A stretch of 64,000 nucleotides of DNA from assembly GCA_012295275.1 (NCBI GenBank), contig CM022674.1, positions 14,136,001 to 14,200,000 of the forward strand. Reading direction: 5' to 3'. Each line of letters starts with the position of its first letter. Positions within the stretch are counted from its first letter, which is position 1. Positions 1 to 26,228 of this stretch are shown piece after piece. A program made the position numbers and the translations under genes. This DNA is from Chrysomallon squamiferum. Taxonomy: Eukaryota; Animalia; Mollusca. The notes under the pieces were generated by a model, which made no database searches, was not told where the DNA came from, and worked only from the letters and a program-made list of their open reading frames with translations.

Positions 1-422
1 TACTAATACTACTACTACTACTACTATTATTATTATTATTATTATTATTAAAGAAATATATAAATAAAGTTGATAGTATTATCTGAAGGACAAACATGCG
101 ACGATCTGATTGGTCGACGTCACAATATATCTGAACCAATCAGATCAGAACTAATTAGACGAGTTCTAAGTTCTGCATCATAAAATATTTTATAATTAAT
201 GATACTTGACTGTCAAGCGAAACATTAGAATAGCCCAGTCTGCGGTGAATCAGTTATTCAAGCACAACACATTCATGTCAGTAATGACGTCTTATATCAA
301 CAGTTTTTTTTCAGAGAAAATACGGTACGAATCGAACTGTAATTTTATTTACATGTTATAAAACTAGTATGCACAGCTGGTGTCTAGGTAACCGAATTAA
401 TTTATGTTTCCTTTTTATTTCC

Positions 423-467
<45 letters not shown>

Positions 468-2760
468 TTTTTTTTTTTTTTTTTTTTTCGATCTGTTCTC
501 GTCATAGCAAAAGAAAAACAAAAATAATAATAATAATAATTTTTTTTTTTTTTTTTTTCTAAGCACGTGCTACAGCCGGGGCAAAACCAACACAACCAAA
601 ATAAGATATTCATCATCAACAGCAGCAGCAGTAACTGCTACTACTACTACTGATAATGATGATGATGATGGCTGATGACGATGTTGCTGCTAATGATAAG
701 AAATAAATAAAATAAATAAATAAATACGGATGACTAAATGAGGAGGTGGGTGCTAGACGCTAACTCTCTGGATCATAGTTTATGCCACGTGTTCCTAGTT
801 ACCGGTGTCTAGTAAACTCAGCTAAATCGGATGATGAAACAAGGGTCGGTTTCAGAGTTTCGGAAAAACGGAGACATCTTCATTGTTACTCATATGGAAT
901 GAATGTCATGAAAACAACACTAACAACAACAACAACAACAACAATAATAAAATATCATCAGTTGGAAGAAAATGAGAAGTGTCATCGTGATATCAGTAAA
1001 CAATAAACTGTTAATCATTTAAATGACTAACCTGAATCTGTTCTGAATAGATGTTCCAAAGGCTTGATTACGCAGTCAAGATAGTTAATTCTACATATCA
1101 CGTTATGACCACACCCACTGATACAATCGCGTCCCTGCTGATTTCCCTTAAAGTCAAAATTAGTAAAATAAACAAAATCTGAAAAGAACAAAGTTTATTT
1201 ATTCGAAACAGTCCTTCTTTCAGACGCCATTCTTGTTCCGCGTTTTTAGCTAAACCCACAATATTATCACACTATCATCAAAAATAATGTTTGTAACTAC
1301 TACAACCACCGCGGTGCCTTTGACACTGTTACAACATCGACACGAAAAGCAGTAAGTGCATATGCAACTGCAATAACTACTGCGGTGTCTGTTCCTTGGA
1401 ACCAGCGTAGACATGCGTTGTCAATTAGTTGTGATTGCAGAGGACTTGCGTGAATCGTGTTACTAAAACGTGCTGCCAAGAAACAAGAATTTATTTTAAG
1501 ACTGATTTGAGTCACGTGACGGGGTGAATTTGAGGTAGTCTGTACCTCATTATCATCTGCTGCTTGTAAAATAAATAAATAAAATAAATATATATTTAAT
1601 TTTTTTATACTTATATTGCCGGTGAAATGGTTAAATAAACAGATTACTGCCAACAATTTAAAGCTGACATGAAGCAAATGAGGCAAATGCCTCATACTGA
1701 CACTGACAATTTTTAAACTTTTTTCTTTAATACAAAATTTAGAAAAAAAAAGAAGTAAAATATAAATCTTTAAACCGATAGAAACGGTACCCATTGTGTG
1801 AATTCGTTTATGTCTACGGTTACCGTTTGAAGTCTACCAACATCGTTGCAATGAAAGACATAATTGACTTCAAAGACATCAGTTTTTGCCTCATTTCAAA
1901 AAGTGTCTAGTTACGGCCATGGCATAAATATCGGTACATATTACATTATAAATTACTATTTCAAAAATTACATTTGTCTTTACGGAACATTTCAAATAAT
2001 TATTTTAACAATTCCTAACAACTACAATAACAGCGACAGTAATTGTAATAATAAAATTACAAATACAATCACAACAACGGTAATTTAAAAATATATATAT
2101 TTATAAATAAAATGAAAAACGAACCCATCCCCCCAAAAATAAACTAGAAGTAATAATAATAGTAATAAAAATAGAAAAATAGCAAAAATAACAGCAGTAA
2201 TAGTAGTACTGAAAATAACATCTGTTGTCCAGGGCAATGGATGAGATGTGGAGGTTTGGTTATTGCATCCGACTAAAATTTTCATTTCACCTAATGCACT
2301 ATGCCTTGTTTGTCAGACTATTTTTCTACCTACCAGGAAGTACAGACAAAAATTCCTTGATGAGAATGTTATGAAGTTACATCTGAATTAGTAAAATGAT
2401 AAATAAATAAAATAAAATAAAATAAAAAAAAAAAAAAAAAATCAGCATAATTATGCTCTAGTCGTGTCGATGAACAAATGTTAATCGTTTATATATATCA
2501 ATTAACAAATTATTTATTTTTTATTCATTTATTCATTTTTGAAAGAGTATTTGAAATGTATATAGTATGTAATTTTAAACATATATATATATATTGCCAC
2601 GACAAAAATAAATGTGTCTAAATCTTTCTTTTTATTTCTAATTTATATTCTTTCGTGGTGGTTTCGCCTATATATTCCAGACAGGCAGTTCTGATAAAAA
2701 TAACTTCTCCTTCATCATCAAAGATAGATTTCCTGCTGTTCTGTCGCCAGTACTACTTAC

Positions 2761-2883
2761 AGAATTTCTGAGAGCACTATACATTTTTCTCAAAGCAATT
2801 CTTTTCCCATCTTCTATATCGTTCAGTTGGCGCGATAAAGCGTGAGGTGTGCATTTGTACTCGGTGCACGAAGCAGACGACAT
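2761..2883 (-). CDS. Possible first coding exon of an unidentified gene transcribed divergently from REV1
   Basis: ATG at 2883 opens 41 codons (MSSASCTEYKCTPHALSRQLNDIEDGKRIALRKMYSALRNS) ending at a phase-0 GTAAGT donor (2760-2755) in a CpG-richer patch. No family recognised and no downstream exon identified. Confidence 0.3.
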
Positions 2884-3278
2884 GCTCTGCGCATCTTGTA
2901 TGGCGCATGACGCGAAATAAACAAGACTGGCCAGGAGTGTGGCTGCGCGTTGTTTTATCTCAGTTAATTATAAAGCTAAAACCATAAAAATGAGGCTCTG
3001 GTTTGAACCTTGGATTTATGTACGTGAATACCACTACTACTACAATTATTACTAAAAATATTATTATTATTGTTGTTGTTGTTATTCCTGGCCAATTAAA
3101 TTAATCCGAAAGGAATAACAATTATGATCTAAAAGCGAATGTCAGTCTATAAATAAGTTAGTAGAAAGTGGAGACATTCTTTGATCTTAATGGTACTGTT
3201 GGTGTACAAGTAAATAATGATAAACATATGTTTGTAATTATATACAGATATGTCATGTAGAGAGAGAATGTGGATATA

Positions 3279-3376
<98 letters not shown>

Positions 3377-3588
3377 ATACCTTTTTAAAAATAATTTAAC
3401 ATTACATCTTTAAAAAATACACACGTTAACAAGAATACACGAATATGAACATTTTGCGAAAGCAAATAGGTTTTTGGAATGCATTACTTCCACGGAACGA
3501 AGTTCTTTGAAAGTGATTTCATAAACATCTTTAATTATTTGTCAGTTTTAGTAGCACTGTGTGTCTTTGATTTCAGGTATTTTGCACA

Positions 3589-3619
<31 letters not shown>

Positions 3620-3858
3620 AATCAAAAACAAATATAATAATAATAATAATGAAAACGTGGAAATGTTAAATTATCTTTCGCTATGGGGAAAAAAAGAACA
3701 ACAACAACAATAACAACAGAAGAAAACAATAAATGATTAAGGTGCACTTTTGGTCATGAGAAGGATATGTTTATTATGATGTTATTTTTTATTGTAATTT
3801 TTCATTCATTCCTTTCTTTCTTGCTGTTGCCACAACTATATCTTCTACTACTACTATT

Positions 3859-3900
<42 letters not shown>

Positions 3901-4879
3901 CATGAGAAACATAGATAGACAGATAGATAAACAGAGAGTATAAGTTTTTGTTTTGAGACAAGATACTATTGTGAAATTCATCAATATACGAGTTGGTGTG
4001 TGTGTGTGTGTGTACAGACACACACATATGTGACTGTATAATTTTTCTCTAGTTTTAATTTTTTTTCTTTCTTTCTTTCCTTCTTTCGTTGTGTACGAGT
4101 TTTTGTTGTCGTGCCAGAACTGTTTAGCTGGTGCTCTACACAGTCGGTACAAGCATACTAAAGGAAGAATTAAATGGCGCCATTCATAAACAAAATAAAT
4201 TTGGTTTATTTACAATGGTAACCGTTCATCATTTACATAATTACTTGTTGTTTATATTATATATTTATATTCGGCTTTGAATAAAAATGTAACATGCGAA
4301 CTGTCATAAATATATCTCATTATAAATACTGAAATAAAACATCGATTCAGCAATGCCTGTCAAAGTGAAAGTGTCATACTGATACTGATAGTTATACTCA
4401 TCGACATATGGTCCAGTGATACAGGGCTAGCAGTAGTGTGCAAAGGGTGAGGGAGGCGAAGGGGCGGTGGCCACGGTCATCCAATCAGAGAAAATAACTT
4501 AATAAATTTGGTTGATTTATATTTAAATCGAATAAAGTGTTTATTTAATGTTTCATCTGTGTTCATATAAAATGGTATTTTCAAAATATCTTCCTTTCTT
4601 ATAATATTTCTCTGTACTACGCCTTATACTTGAGTCTTTGGGGCATGCAATTAAGGAGTTGGCATCACCAGACCACTGGCAGATAGTTACTCAATTACTG
4701 TATGATGTGTATTATATTATATATAGTATTGGGGCGATAATTAATAATAATTGAATCATAATGTCTAACTCCCTCACTAGAGAAATGTATAATCAGTTAA
4801 ATAAGATCATTTTAACATTATTAAAATATATCATATGTGTTTAAAATTTTCCTATTACAGGTAACAAAATACAGAGACA

Positions 4880-17126
<12,247 letters not shown>

Positions 17127-17539
17127 CTGGTTGAAAACTGACTGGTTGAAAACATTCTGACTGGTTGAACAAATTCTTAGTGAGTGTTAGATATTTTTAT
17201 TTCAAATCAGAAATATAAAAGTTTTAATTTAAATAAAATCTCTAATAAAGATCTGTGATAATTTAACGTAATATGAACTTTAATACAAGTTTATTTTGTT
17301 TAATACAATATTTTGTTAATATATATTCTTTTTGTTCTGTTTTTGGTTTTATAATCCATTTATATAATTATTATTCTGTAATGTTTCATTGTTGAAGAAC
17401 AAAGAATTAATTTAAAATATTTGTATATGTTACTGAAACAAATAAACCATAACATGAAAAACAAAATGTTTATATTCTTTTATATATTACCTCCATTTTC
17501 CAAATTAAATATATCAAAAAGATGGCTGATAGCAGTTAC

Positions 17540-20500
17540 ACAGGTGGTATTAATACACATGAGAGTATTCTTATTAGTGAACCTAACAGCATTGGTACAG
17601 ACTTTATTATTAGACATGATAGTGCTCATACTACTGTCTTAATGGTGGTATTAGTACACATGATAGTGCTCATACTACTGTCTTAATGGTGGTATTAGTA
17701 CACATGATAGTGCTCATACTACTGTCTTAATGGTGGTATTAGTACACATGATAGTGCTCATACTACTGTCTTAATGGTGGTATTAGTACACATGATAGTG
17801 CTCATACTACTGTCTTAATGGTGGTATTAGTACACATGATAGTGCTCATACTACTGTCTTAATGGTGGTATTAGTACACATGATAGTGCTCATACTACTG
17901 TCTTAATGGTGGTATTAGTACACATGATAGTGCTCATACTACTGTTTTAATGGTGGTATTAGTACACATGATAGTGCTCATACTACTGTCTTAATGGTGG
18001 TATTAGTACACATGATAGTGCTCATACTACTGTTTTAATGGTGGTATTAGTACACATGATAGTGCTCATACTACTGTCTTAATGGTGGTATTAGTACACA
18101 TGGTAGTATTCTTATTAGTGAACCTAACAGCAGTGGTACAGACTTTATTATTAATACACATGATAGTGCTCATACTACTGTCTTAATGGTGGTATTAGTA
18201 CACATGATAGTGCTCATACTACTGTCTTAATGGTGGTATTAGTACACATGATAGTGCTCATACTACTGTCTTAATGGTGGTATTAGTACACATGATAGTG
18301 CTCATACTACTGTCTTAATGGTGGTATTAGTACACATGGTAGTATTCTTATTAGTGAACCTAACAGCAGTGGTACAGACTTTATTATTAGACATGATAGT
18401 GCTCATACTACTGTCTTAATGGTGGTATTAATACACATGACAGTATTCGTATTAGTGAACCTAACAGCAGTGGTACAGACTTTATTATTAGTACACATGA
18501 TAGTGCTCATACTACTGTCTTAATGGTGGTATTAGTACACATGACAGTATTCGTATTAGTGAACCTAACAGCAGTGGTACAGACATGATTAGTGCTCATT
18601 ACTGTCTTATTAGTACACATGATAGTGCTCATACTACTGTCTTAATGGTGGTATTAATACACATGATAGTGCTCATACTACTGTCTTAATGGTGGTATTA
18701 GTACACATGATAGTGCTCATACTACTGTCTTAATGGTGGTATTAGTACACATGACAGTATTCTTATTAGTGAACCTAACAGCAGTGGTACAGACTTTATT
18801 AGTACACATGATAGTGCTCATACTACTGTCTTAATGGTGGTATTAATACACATGATAGTGCTCATACTACTGTCTTAATGGTGGTATTAGTACACATGAT
18901 AGTGCTCATACTACTGTCTTAATGGTGGTATTAGTACACATGATAGTGCTCATACTACTGTCTTAATGGTGGTATTAATTACACATGATAGTGCTCATAC
19001 TACTGTCTTAATGGTGGTATTAGTACACATGATAGTGCTCATACTACTGTCTTTATTGGTACACATGATAGTGCTCATACTACTGTCTTAATGGTGGTAT
19101 TAGTACACATGACAGTATTCGTATTAGTGAACCTAACAGCAGTGGTACAGACTTTATTAGTACACATGATAGTGCTCATACTACTGTCTTAATGGTGGTA
19201 TTAATACACATGATAGTGCTCATACTACTGTCTTAATGGTGGTATTACACATGTATTGGTATTAGTGACCTAATATTAGTGAACCTAATGACTTTATTAC
19301 ATGATAGTGCTCATACTACTGTCTTAATGGTGGTATTAATACACATGATAGTGCTCATACTACTGTCTTAATGGTGGTATTAGTACACATGACAGTATTC
19401 GTATTAGTGAACCTAACAGCAGTGGTACAGACTTTTTATTATTACACATGATAGTGCTCATACTACTGTCTTAATGGTGGTATTAATACACATGATAGTG
19501 CTCATACTACTGTCTTAATGGTGGTATTAGTACACATGATAGTGCTCATACTACTGTCTTAATGGTGGTATTAGTACACATGATAGTGCTCATACTACTG
19601 TCTTAATGGTGTATTCTTCATATTAGCAGTGGTACAGACATGATAGTGCTCATACTACTGTCTTAATGGTGGTATTAGTACACATGATAGTGCTCATACT
19701 ACTGTCTTAATGGTGGTATTAGTACACATGATAGTGCTCATACTACTGTCTTAATGGTGGTATTAGTACACATGACAGTATTCATACTATTCTTATTAGT
19801 GAACCTAGTGCTCAACAGCAGTGGTACAGACTTTATTAGTACACATGATAGTGCTCATACTACTGTCTTAATGGTGGTATTAATACACATGATAGTGCTC
19901 ATACTACTGTCTTAATGGTGGTATTAGTACACATGATAGTGCTCATACTACTGTCTTAATGGTGGTATTAGTACACATGATAGTGCTCATACTACTGTCT
20001 TAATGGTGGTATTAGTACACATGATAGTGCTCATACTACTGTCTTAATGGTGGTATTAGTACACATGATAGTGCTCATACTACTGTCTTAATGGTGGTAT
20101 TAGTACACATGACAGTATTCGTATTAGTGAACCTAACAGCAGTGGTACAGACTTTTTATTAGTACACATGATAGTGCTCATACTACTGTCTTAATGGTGG
20201 TATTAATACACATGATAGTGCTCATACTACTGTCTTAATGGTGGTATTAGTACACATGATAGTGCTCATACTACTGTCTTAATGGTGGTATTAGTACACA
20301 TGATAGTGCTCATACTACTGTCTTAATGGTGGTATTAATACACATGATAGTGCTCATACTACTGTCTTAATGGTGGTATTAGTACACATGATAGTGCTCA
20401 TACTACTGTCTTAATGGTGGTATTAGTACACATGGTAGTATTCATATTACTGTCCTAACAGCAGTGGTACAGACTTTATTATTACACATGATAGTGCTCA

Positions 20501-21660
20501 TACTACTGTCTTAATGGTGGTATTAATACACATGATAGTGCTCATACTACTGTCTTAATGGTGGTATTAGTACACATGGTAGTATTCTTATTAGTGAACC
20601 TAACAGCAGTGGTACAGACTTTTTATTAGTACACATGATAGTGCTCATACTACTGTCTTAATGGTGGTATTAATACACATGATAGTGCTCATACTACTGT
20701 CTTAATGGTGGTATTAGTACACATGATAGTGCTCATACTACTGTCTTAATGGTGGTATTAGTACACATGATAGTGCTCATACTACTGTCTTAATGGTGGT
20801 ATTAGTACACATGATAGTGCTCATACTACTGTCTTAATGGTGGTATTAGTACACATGATAGTGCTCATACTACTGTCTTAATGGTGGTATTAGTACACAT
20901 GACAGTATTCGTATTAGTGAACCTAACAGCAGTGGTACAGACTTTATTATAGTACACATGATAGTGCTCATACTACTGTCTTAATGGTGGTATTAATACA
21001 CATGATAGTGCTCATACTACTGTCTTAATGGTGGTATTAGTACACATGATAGTGCTCATACTACTGTCTTAATGGTGGTATTAGTACACATGATATTATT
21101 ACACATGATAGTGCTCATACTACTGTCTTAATGGTGGTATTAGTACACATGATAGTGCTCATACTACTGTCTTAATGGTGGTATTAGTACACATGATAGT
21201 GCTCATACTACTGTCTTAATGGTGGTATTAGTACACATGATAGTGCTCATACTACTGTCTTAATGGTGGTATTAGTACACATGATAGTGCTCATACTACT
21301 GTCTTAATGGTGGTATTAGTACACATGATAGTGCTCATACTACTGTCTTAATGGTGGTATTAGTACACATGACAGTATTCGTATTAGTGAACCTAACAGC
21401 AGTGGTACAGACTTTATTAGTACACATGATAGTGCTCATACTACTGTCTTAATGGTGGTATTAATACACATGATAGTGCTCATACTACTGTCTTAATGGT
21501 GGTATTAGTACACATGGTAGTATTCTTATTAGTGAACCTAACAGCAGTGGTACAGACTTTATTAATACACATGATAGTGCTCATACTACTGTCTTAATGG
21601 TGGTATTAATACACATGATAGTGCTCATACTACTGTCTTAATGGTGGTATTAGTACACAT
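17540..21660. repeat. Composite satellite: 44-bp unit A (roughly 70 copies) interspersed with a ~57-60-bp unit B
   Basis: A = ATGATAGTGCTCATACTACTGTCTTAATGGTGGTATTAGTACAC; B = ATGACAGTATTC(G/T)TATTAGTGAACCTAACAGCAGTGGTACAGACTTTATT(ATT)AGTACAC. Several chimeric units occur. Confidence 0.97.
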
Positions 21661-21669
21661 GGTAATGCC

Positions 21670-22408
21670 TCTAGCGGTGATTGTGATAGCAGTCTTACCT
21701 GTGGTTGTAGTGGACTTGGTAGTGCCGGTAGTAGTGATTGTGATAGCAGTCTTACCTGTGGTTTTAGTGGACTTGGTAGTGCCGGTAGTAGTGATTGTGA
21801 TAGCAGTCTTACCTGTGGTTGTAGTGGACTTGGTAGTGCCGGTAGTAGTGATTGTGATAGCAGTCTTACCTGTGGTTGTAGTGGACTTGGTAGTGCCGGT
21901 AGTAGTGATTGTGATAGCAGTCTTACCTGTGGTTTTAGTGGACTTGGTAGTGCCGGTAGTAGTGATTGTGATAGCAGTCTTACCTGTGGTTGTAGTGGAC
22001 TTTAATGGTGGTAGTAGTGATTGTGATAGCAGTCTTACCTGTGGTTGTAGTGGACTTGGTAGTGCCGGTAGTAGTGATTGTGATAGCAGTCTTACCTGTG
22101 GTTTTAGTGGACTTGGTAGTGCCGGTAGTAGTGATTGTGATAGCAGTCTTACCTGTGGTTTTAGTGGACTTGGTAGTGCCGGTAGTAGTGATTGTGATAG
22201 CAGTCTTACCTGTGGTTGTAGTGGACTTGGTAGTGCCGGTAGTACTGTCTTAATGGTAGCAGTCTTACACATGGTTGTAGTGGACTTGGTAGTGCCGGTA
22301 GTAGTGATTGTGATAGCAGTCTTACCTGTGGTTGTAGTGGACTTGGTAGTGCCGGTAGTAGTGATTGTGATAGCAGTCTTACCTGTGGTTGTAGTGGACT
22401 TGGTAGTG
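21670..22408. repeat. 57-bp minisatellite (~12 copies) abutting the 44-bp satellite
   Basis: Unit GGTAGTAGTGATTGTGATAGCAGTCTTACCTGTGGTT(G/T)TAGTGGACTTGGTAGTGCC. It generates the repetitive ORFs in the track (for example TTTGTTKSTTTTGKTAITI). Confidence 0.95.
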
Positions 22409-23628
22409 ATGTTAACAACAGTGGTACTCGTACTGCTAGTTAGTAAATGTGTAGTCCCTGGAGTAGCAATAGCAGCCTTACCAGTATTATTAATAGATGT
22501 GGTTGTGCCGATAGCACTGAGGGTAATAGCAGTGGTAGTAGTTGTATTAGTAGACGTGGTAATGCCGGTACTATGGAAATATCAGCGTTGCTGTTGTTAT
22601 CTGTAGATGTGCCTGTTGTCGTGGTAGTAGTAGCAGCTCTACTGGTGATATTAAAAGACACTGATTGTATTGAGGTTAATATGAGTCTTACCAGTTTTAT
22701 TAGTAGGCCTGATAGTGCCGATAGCAGTGATTTCAACTGAATGTTCATTCATGTACCCTTGACTAGACATATATATATATAAAACAACAACAACAACAAT
22801 AATAATAATAATAATAAATTTTAAACAATAAAACAATTGGGGATAAAATTATTATTTTATTTTAAAATTGTTAAACATATACTTTATATGAACAAGTGCA
22901 TAAAAAGAAAACAATTTTCTTTCACAAAACAATAGTTTATCACACACACACACACATATGAAACAGCAAAACAAAAAATTACAACAGGGATTTAAAATAC
23001 AAAAAAAGAGAAAATTATAAGAAATAACAACAACAACAATAATAATAACAAACAGCTACAAATACCAATACAAGAGTAAAACAATTCCCGTTCACATTAC
23101 TATACCAGGTGGATTCAGATATTCAACAAAACAGATTGTCTATAAAAACCAGATTTGTAATTTAAATAGCTATTTATAACCATAGTAACCTTGTTAATTC
23201 CGTAATAATTATAAATAGATCGTATATGTTGTCTGTGTATCAGTTTAAAATAGTATCAGCAGTTTAAAAAATCATTAATGTTAAAAACCAATATATTTTC
23301 TACACGACTAATTTAGCTAATTGTAAATAACTGTTTTAAAATAAAAATATACCAGCGTTTTTGATATACCAGAATAATATATAATTAAAAGACAGAAGAA
23401 AACCAAAATGGTTTAATTCTGAAATCTATCTTAACCTACTGCTAATGCTTTCTTTTTCTTGTATGTGATTATTATTATTATTATTTGATACGTATTTTTT
23501 AAACATTTATTAATTTTATTATTATGCCTTTTTTATTTTATTTTTCCCTTTCTTTCTCTTTTTTAATTTTAAAAGATGCTAAAAATGTGGAAATATTTGG
23601 TCTTTTTGCTTGAACCTGTTTCAGTGTT

Positions 23629-24218
23629 TTATCTGTATTTGAAAGGTGGATACTCATAGGCATAGTAAGACGGGACTGAAATGAGAAAAAAATAAATTAC
23701 AAAATAAAACGTAAGGCAGACGCATTCATGAATAATTCAACAAGATTAAATGTTTTAGTTCAGATGCAGGCAGCAGTCTGTACAGTCACAAAAACACTGA
23801 ACTGTGCCAGTTGCTGCCCTGTTTTATCGAGCCGATTATCGTCAATTTCAGCCATCATTACCCGTGTTATTGAAAGTGTGACGTATTAGTGTAAAACATC
23901 TTGACAAATTTGTCGTGCTAAATTAAGGTATTTAAAAAAAAAAAAAAAAAAAAAAATCCAACTCTGATTAATCTAAAAAATGTCGTTAATGTTGAAGATT
24001 GAAGAGCCGACATCCCGAAAATTCCAAATATGGAGTCTCCCTGTTATGACAAAAACCAGAATATTGCTAATACTCTCAACAGTGCTTTCTCAATGACGTT
24101 CTGTTGTGACGTAATGAAAGTGCCTGTTAATTTTTATCATATTCGGGTAGTGTATATACTACTTTCTGCTGTCGATTTCTTTCCTTCTTTCTTTCTTTAA
24201 TTTAATTTAATATGTGTC

Positions 24219-24272
<54 letters not shown>

Positions 24273-25458
24273 TGTGTGTATTTGTGTGCGTGCGTGTGTG
24301 TTTGTGTGTGTGTATGTGCGTGTTTCAGTCTGTCACTGTCAAACAGTAAGAATACTCACCGATGCCTTTCGGAGGGATGTAGTCAGGAGTGAATCCGAAC
24401 TTCGTTCTAGGCATGTCAAAGTTCAGATGAGGCACACTTTTGGGATCCTTATATTTGTTTCTGTAGATCGTATTATCTGTGTATTTTATATCCGGCATTT
24501 TGTGTCTAATTTCCTCTGTAATATACATTTATATGCATGTATGTATTTATGAAACATAATAATATATATACACACACACAGAGATACATACATACAAACA
24601 TACACACGATACATACATTGATATAAATATATATATATACACACACACACATACACAGATACACACGTACACAAATGTACACATAGAGAGAGAGAGAGAA
24701 AGAGAGAGAGTGAGAGACAAACAGACATATACCTGGTCTCTGTACATGTTCATCTTTTAACGAGCAAGTGAAGTTTGTCCAGCCTAAAATAGAATTAAAA
24801 TAAAGTAAATATTAATTACCCTTATGTCTGTGTATACACAATACAATTTACTTGTATTTCAGTTTATTTTTCTATTCATAATTTATGCATGAAGACTTTA
24901 GAAAAAATACACGTCCCACGAAGCAATAAACTATATAAATAAAGAAAGAAAGAAAGAAAGAAGAAAAAGAAAAAGAAATATTGAAAAAAAAGTTTACTTC
25001 TCTATTATTGTTTATCTTATTTTACTTAATAATTTTTGTTTAGGGTGTTTGCGTGTGTGTGTGTGTGTGTGTGTGTCTGTTATTACGTACACACATATAC
25101 TTACGGTAATTGAATGCAAACTCTGGAGTCTGCCATTTTGATGCTCGACGTGGCGGGTTCCAGACTGTGTACACATTGCTCTGCAAAAACAATACTGCAA
25201 TAAGTAAGTACGACAACAACAACAATAACGATAATAAAAACAACATCAGCAATAATAATAATAATAATAATAAAAACAACAACGACGACGACGACAATAG
25301 CTTACAGGTATGCCGTTTCGTGTATAAGGATAGAGAAGGCCTGGGGGAGGTGTTGGGGGGTTCTTTTCATCATCCGGGGGACGCGCTACTAGACCGCCAT
25401 GATCTCGATAATACGTGGTTCGCGGCACGTGGTTTTTTCTTGTGTAAACATTAGTCAT
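23629..25458 (-). CDS. Uncharacterised 160-aa Pro/Tyr/Arg-rich protein, possibly a ciliary/sperm microtubule inner protein (faint resemblance to the C2orf73 family)
   Basis: Five phase-consistent GT-AG exons: 25458-25306, 25180-25105, 24783-24733, 24515-24360, 23675-23629 (483 nt). Product MTNVYTRKNHVPRTTYYRDHGG...KYTDNTIYRNKYKDP...PPKGIVPSYYAYEYPPFKYR*. T.Y..Y-type motifs and GIVP. Family assignment is from memory only. Confidence 0.72.
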
Positions 25459-26228
25459 GCCTGAACTTGATCCACCACACTGATGTTAATCCACACTGAT
25501 GTTAAATGATCCGGGTCCTGGTCATGGCCGCTGTATGAGCCGTGGTTTACAAAGTGTTTGTTAATATCACATGGAGAAACGTCCCTACCACATTGCTGCG
25601 CCCCAACAAGGATGGCGGTTATAACGTAATATCATTATGACGTCATGTTATTGTTTTGTGTCGTAGAGCTTAATGTACATAATTAAAATTAACTCTGGAA
25701 AGTTGTGGAATATTTATTTATATACATGATTGTACATGTATTATTACTATCATCACCACCATCATCATCATCGTTGTTGTTGCATACATATTAAATTGTT
25801 TAGAGGATATGAAATGTTTATTTATGTACATTTATTCTTATTATTATTATCATTATTGTTGTTGTTGTTACTACTGCAGATATTTTGTTGTTATTCTATT
25901 ACAATCTTTCAATTTGTCGTTGTTGATGCTGTTCTTATTACTATTGTTATTATTTCTGTTATTGTTACATCTAACATTAGCACGATTTTTTTTACCACCA
26001 CTACTACCACAGCAACTGTAACAACAACTACTAATACTTCCGCTGCCATTTCACCTATTATTTACACAAACACTATATCTATTTCAACAACAGCTACTAC
26101 TTCTACTAGTACTACTACTACAACTACTGGTACTATTATGATTACTACAACTAACATTATTACAACCACTACTTCTTATACAAATACTATGGTCAGTGTC
26201 ATATATTTAATATCAGGTGTCTGAGTGC

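Noticed and set aside
1300-1794. 164-aa minus-strand ORF
   Set aside because: Runs through an A/T tract, has no recognisable motif and no consistent exon chain.
17540-22408. CRISPR-like array
   Set aside because: Units are head-to-tail with no unique spacers, the context is eukaryotic, and there are no cas genes.
21625-22836. Mucin-like Thr-rich or poly-Val ORFs
   Set aside because: They are products of a 57-bp repeat open in several frames on both strands, with frame switches and no signal peptide or clear splice context.
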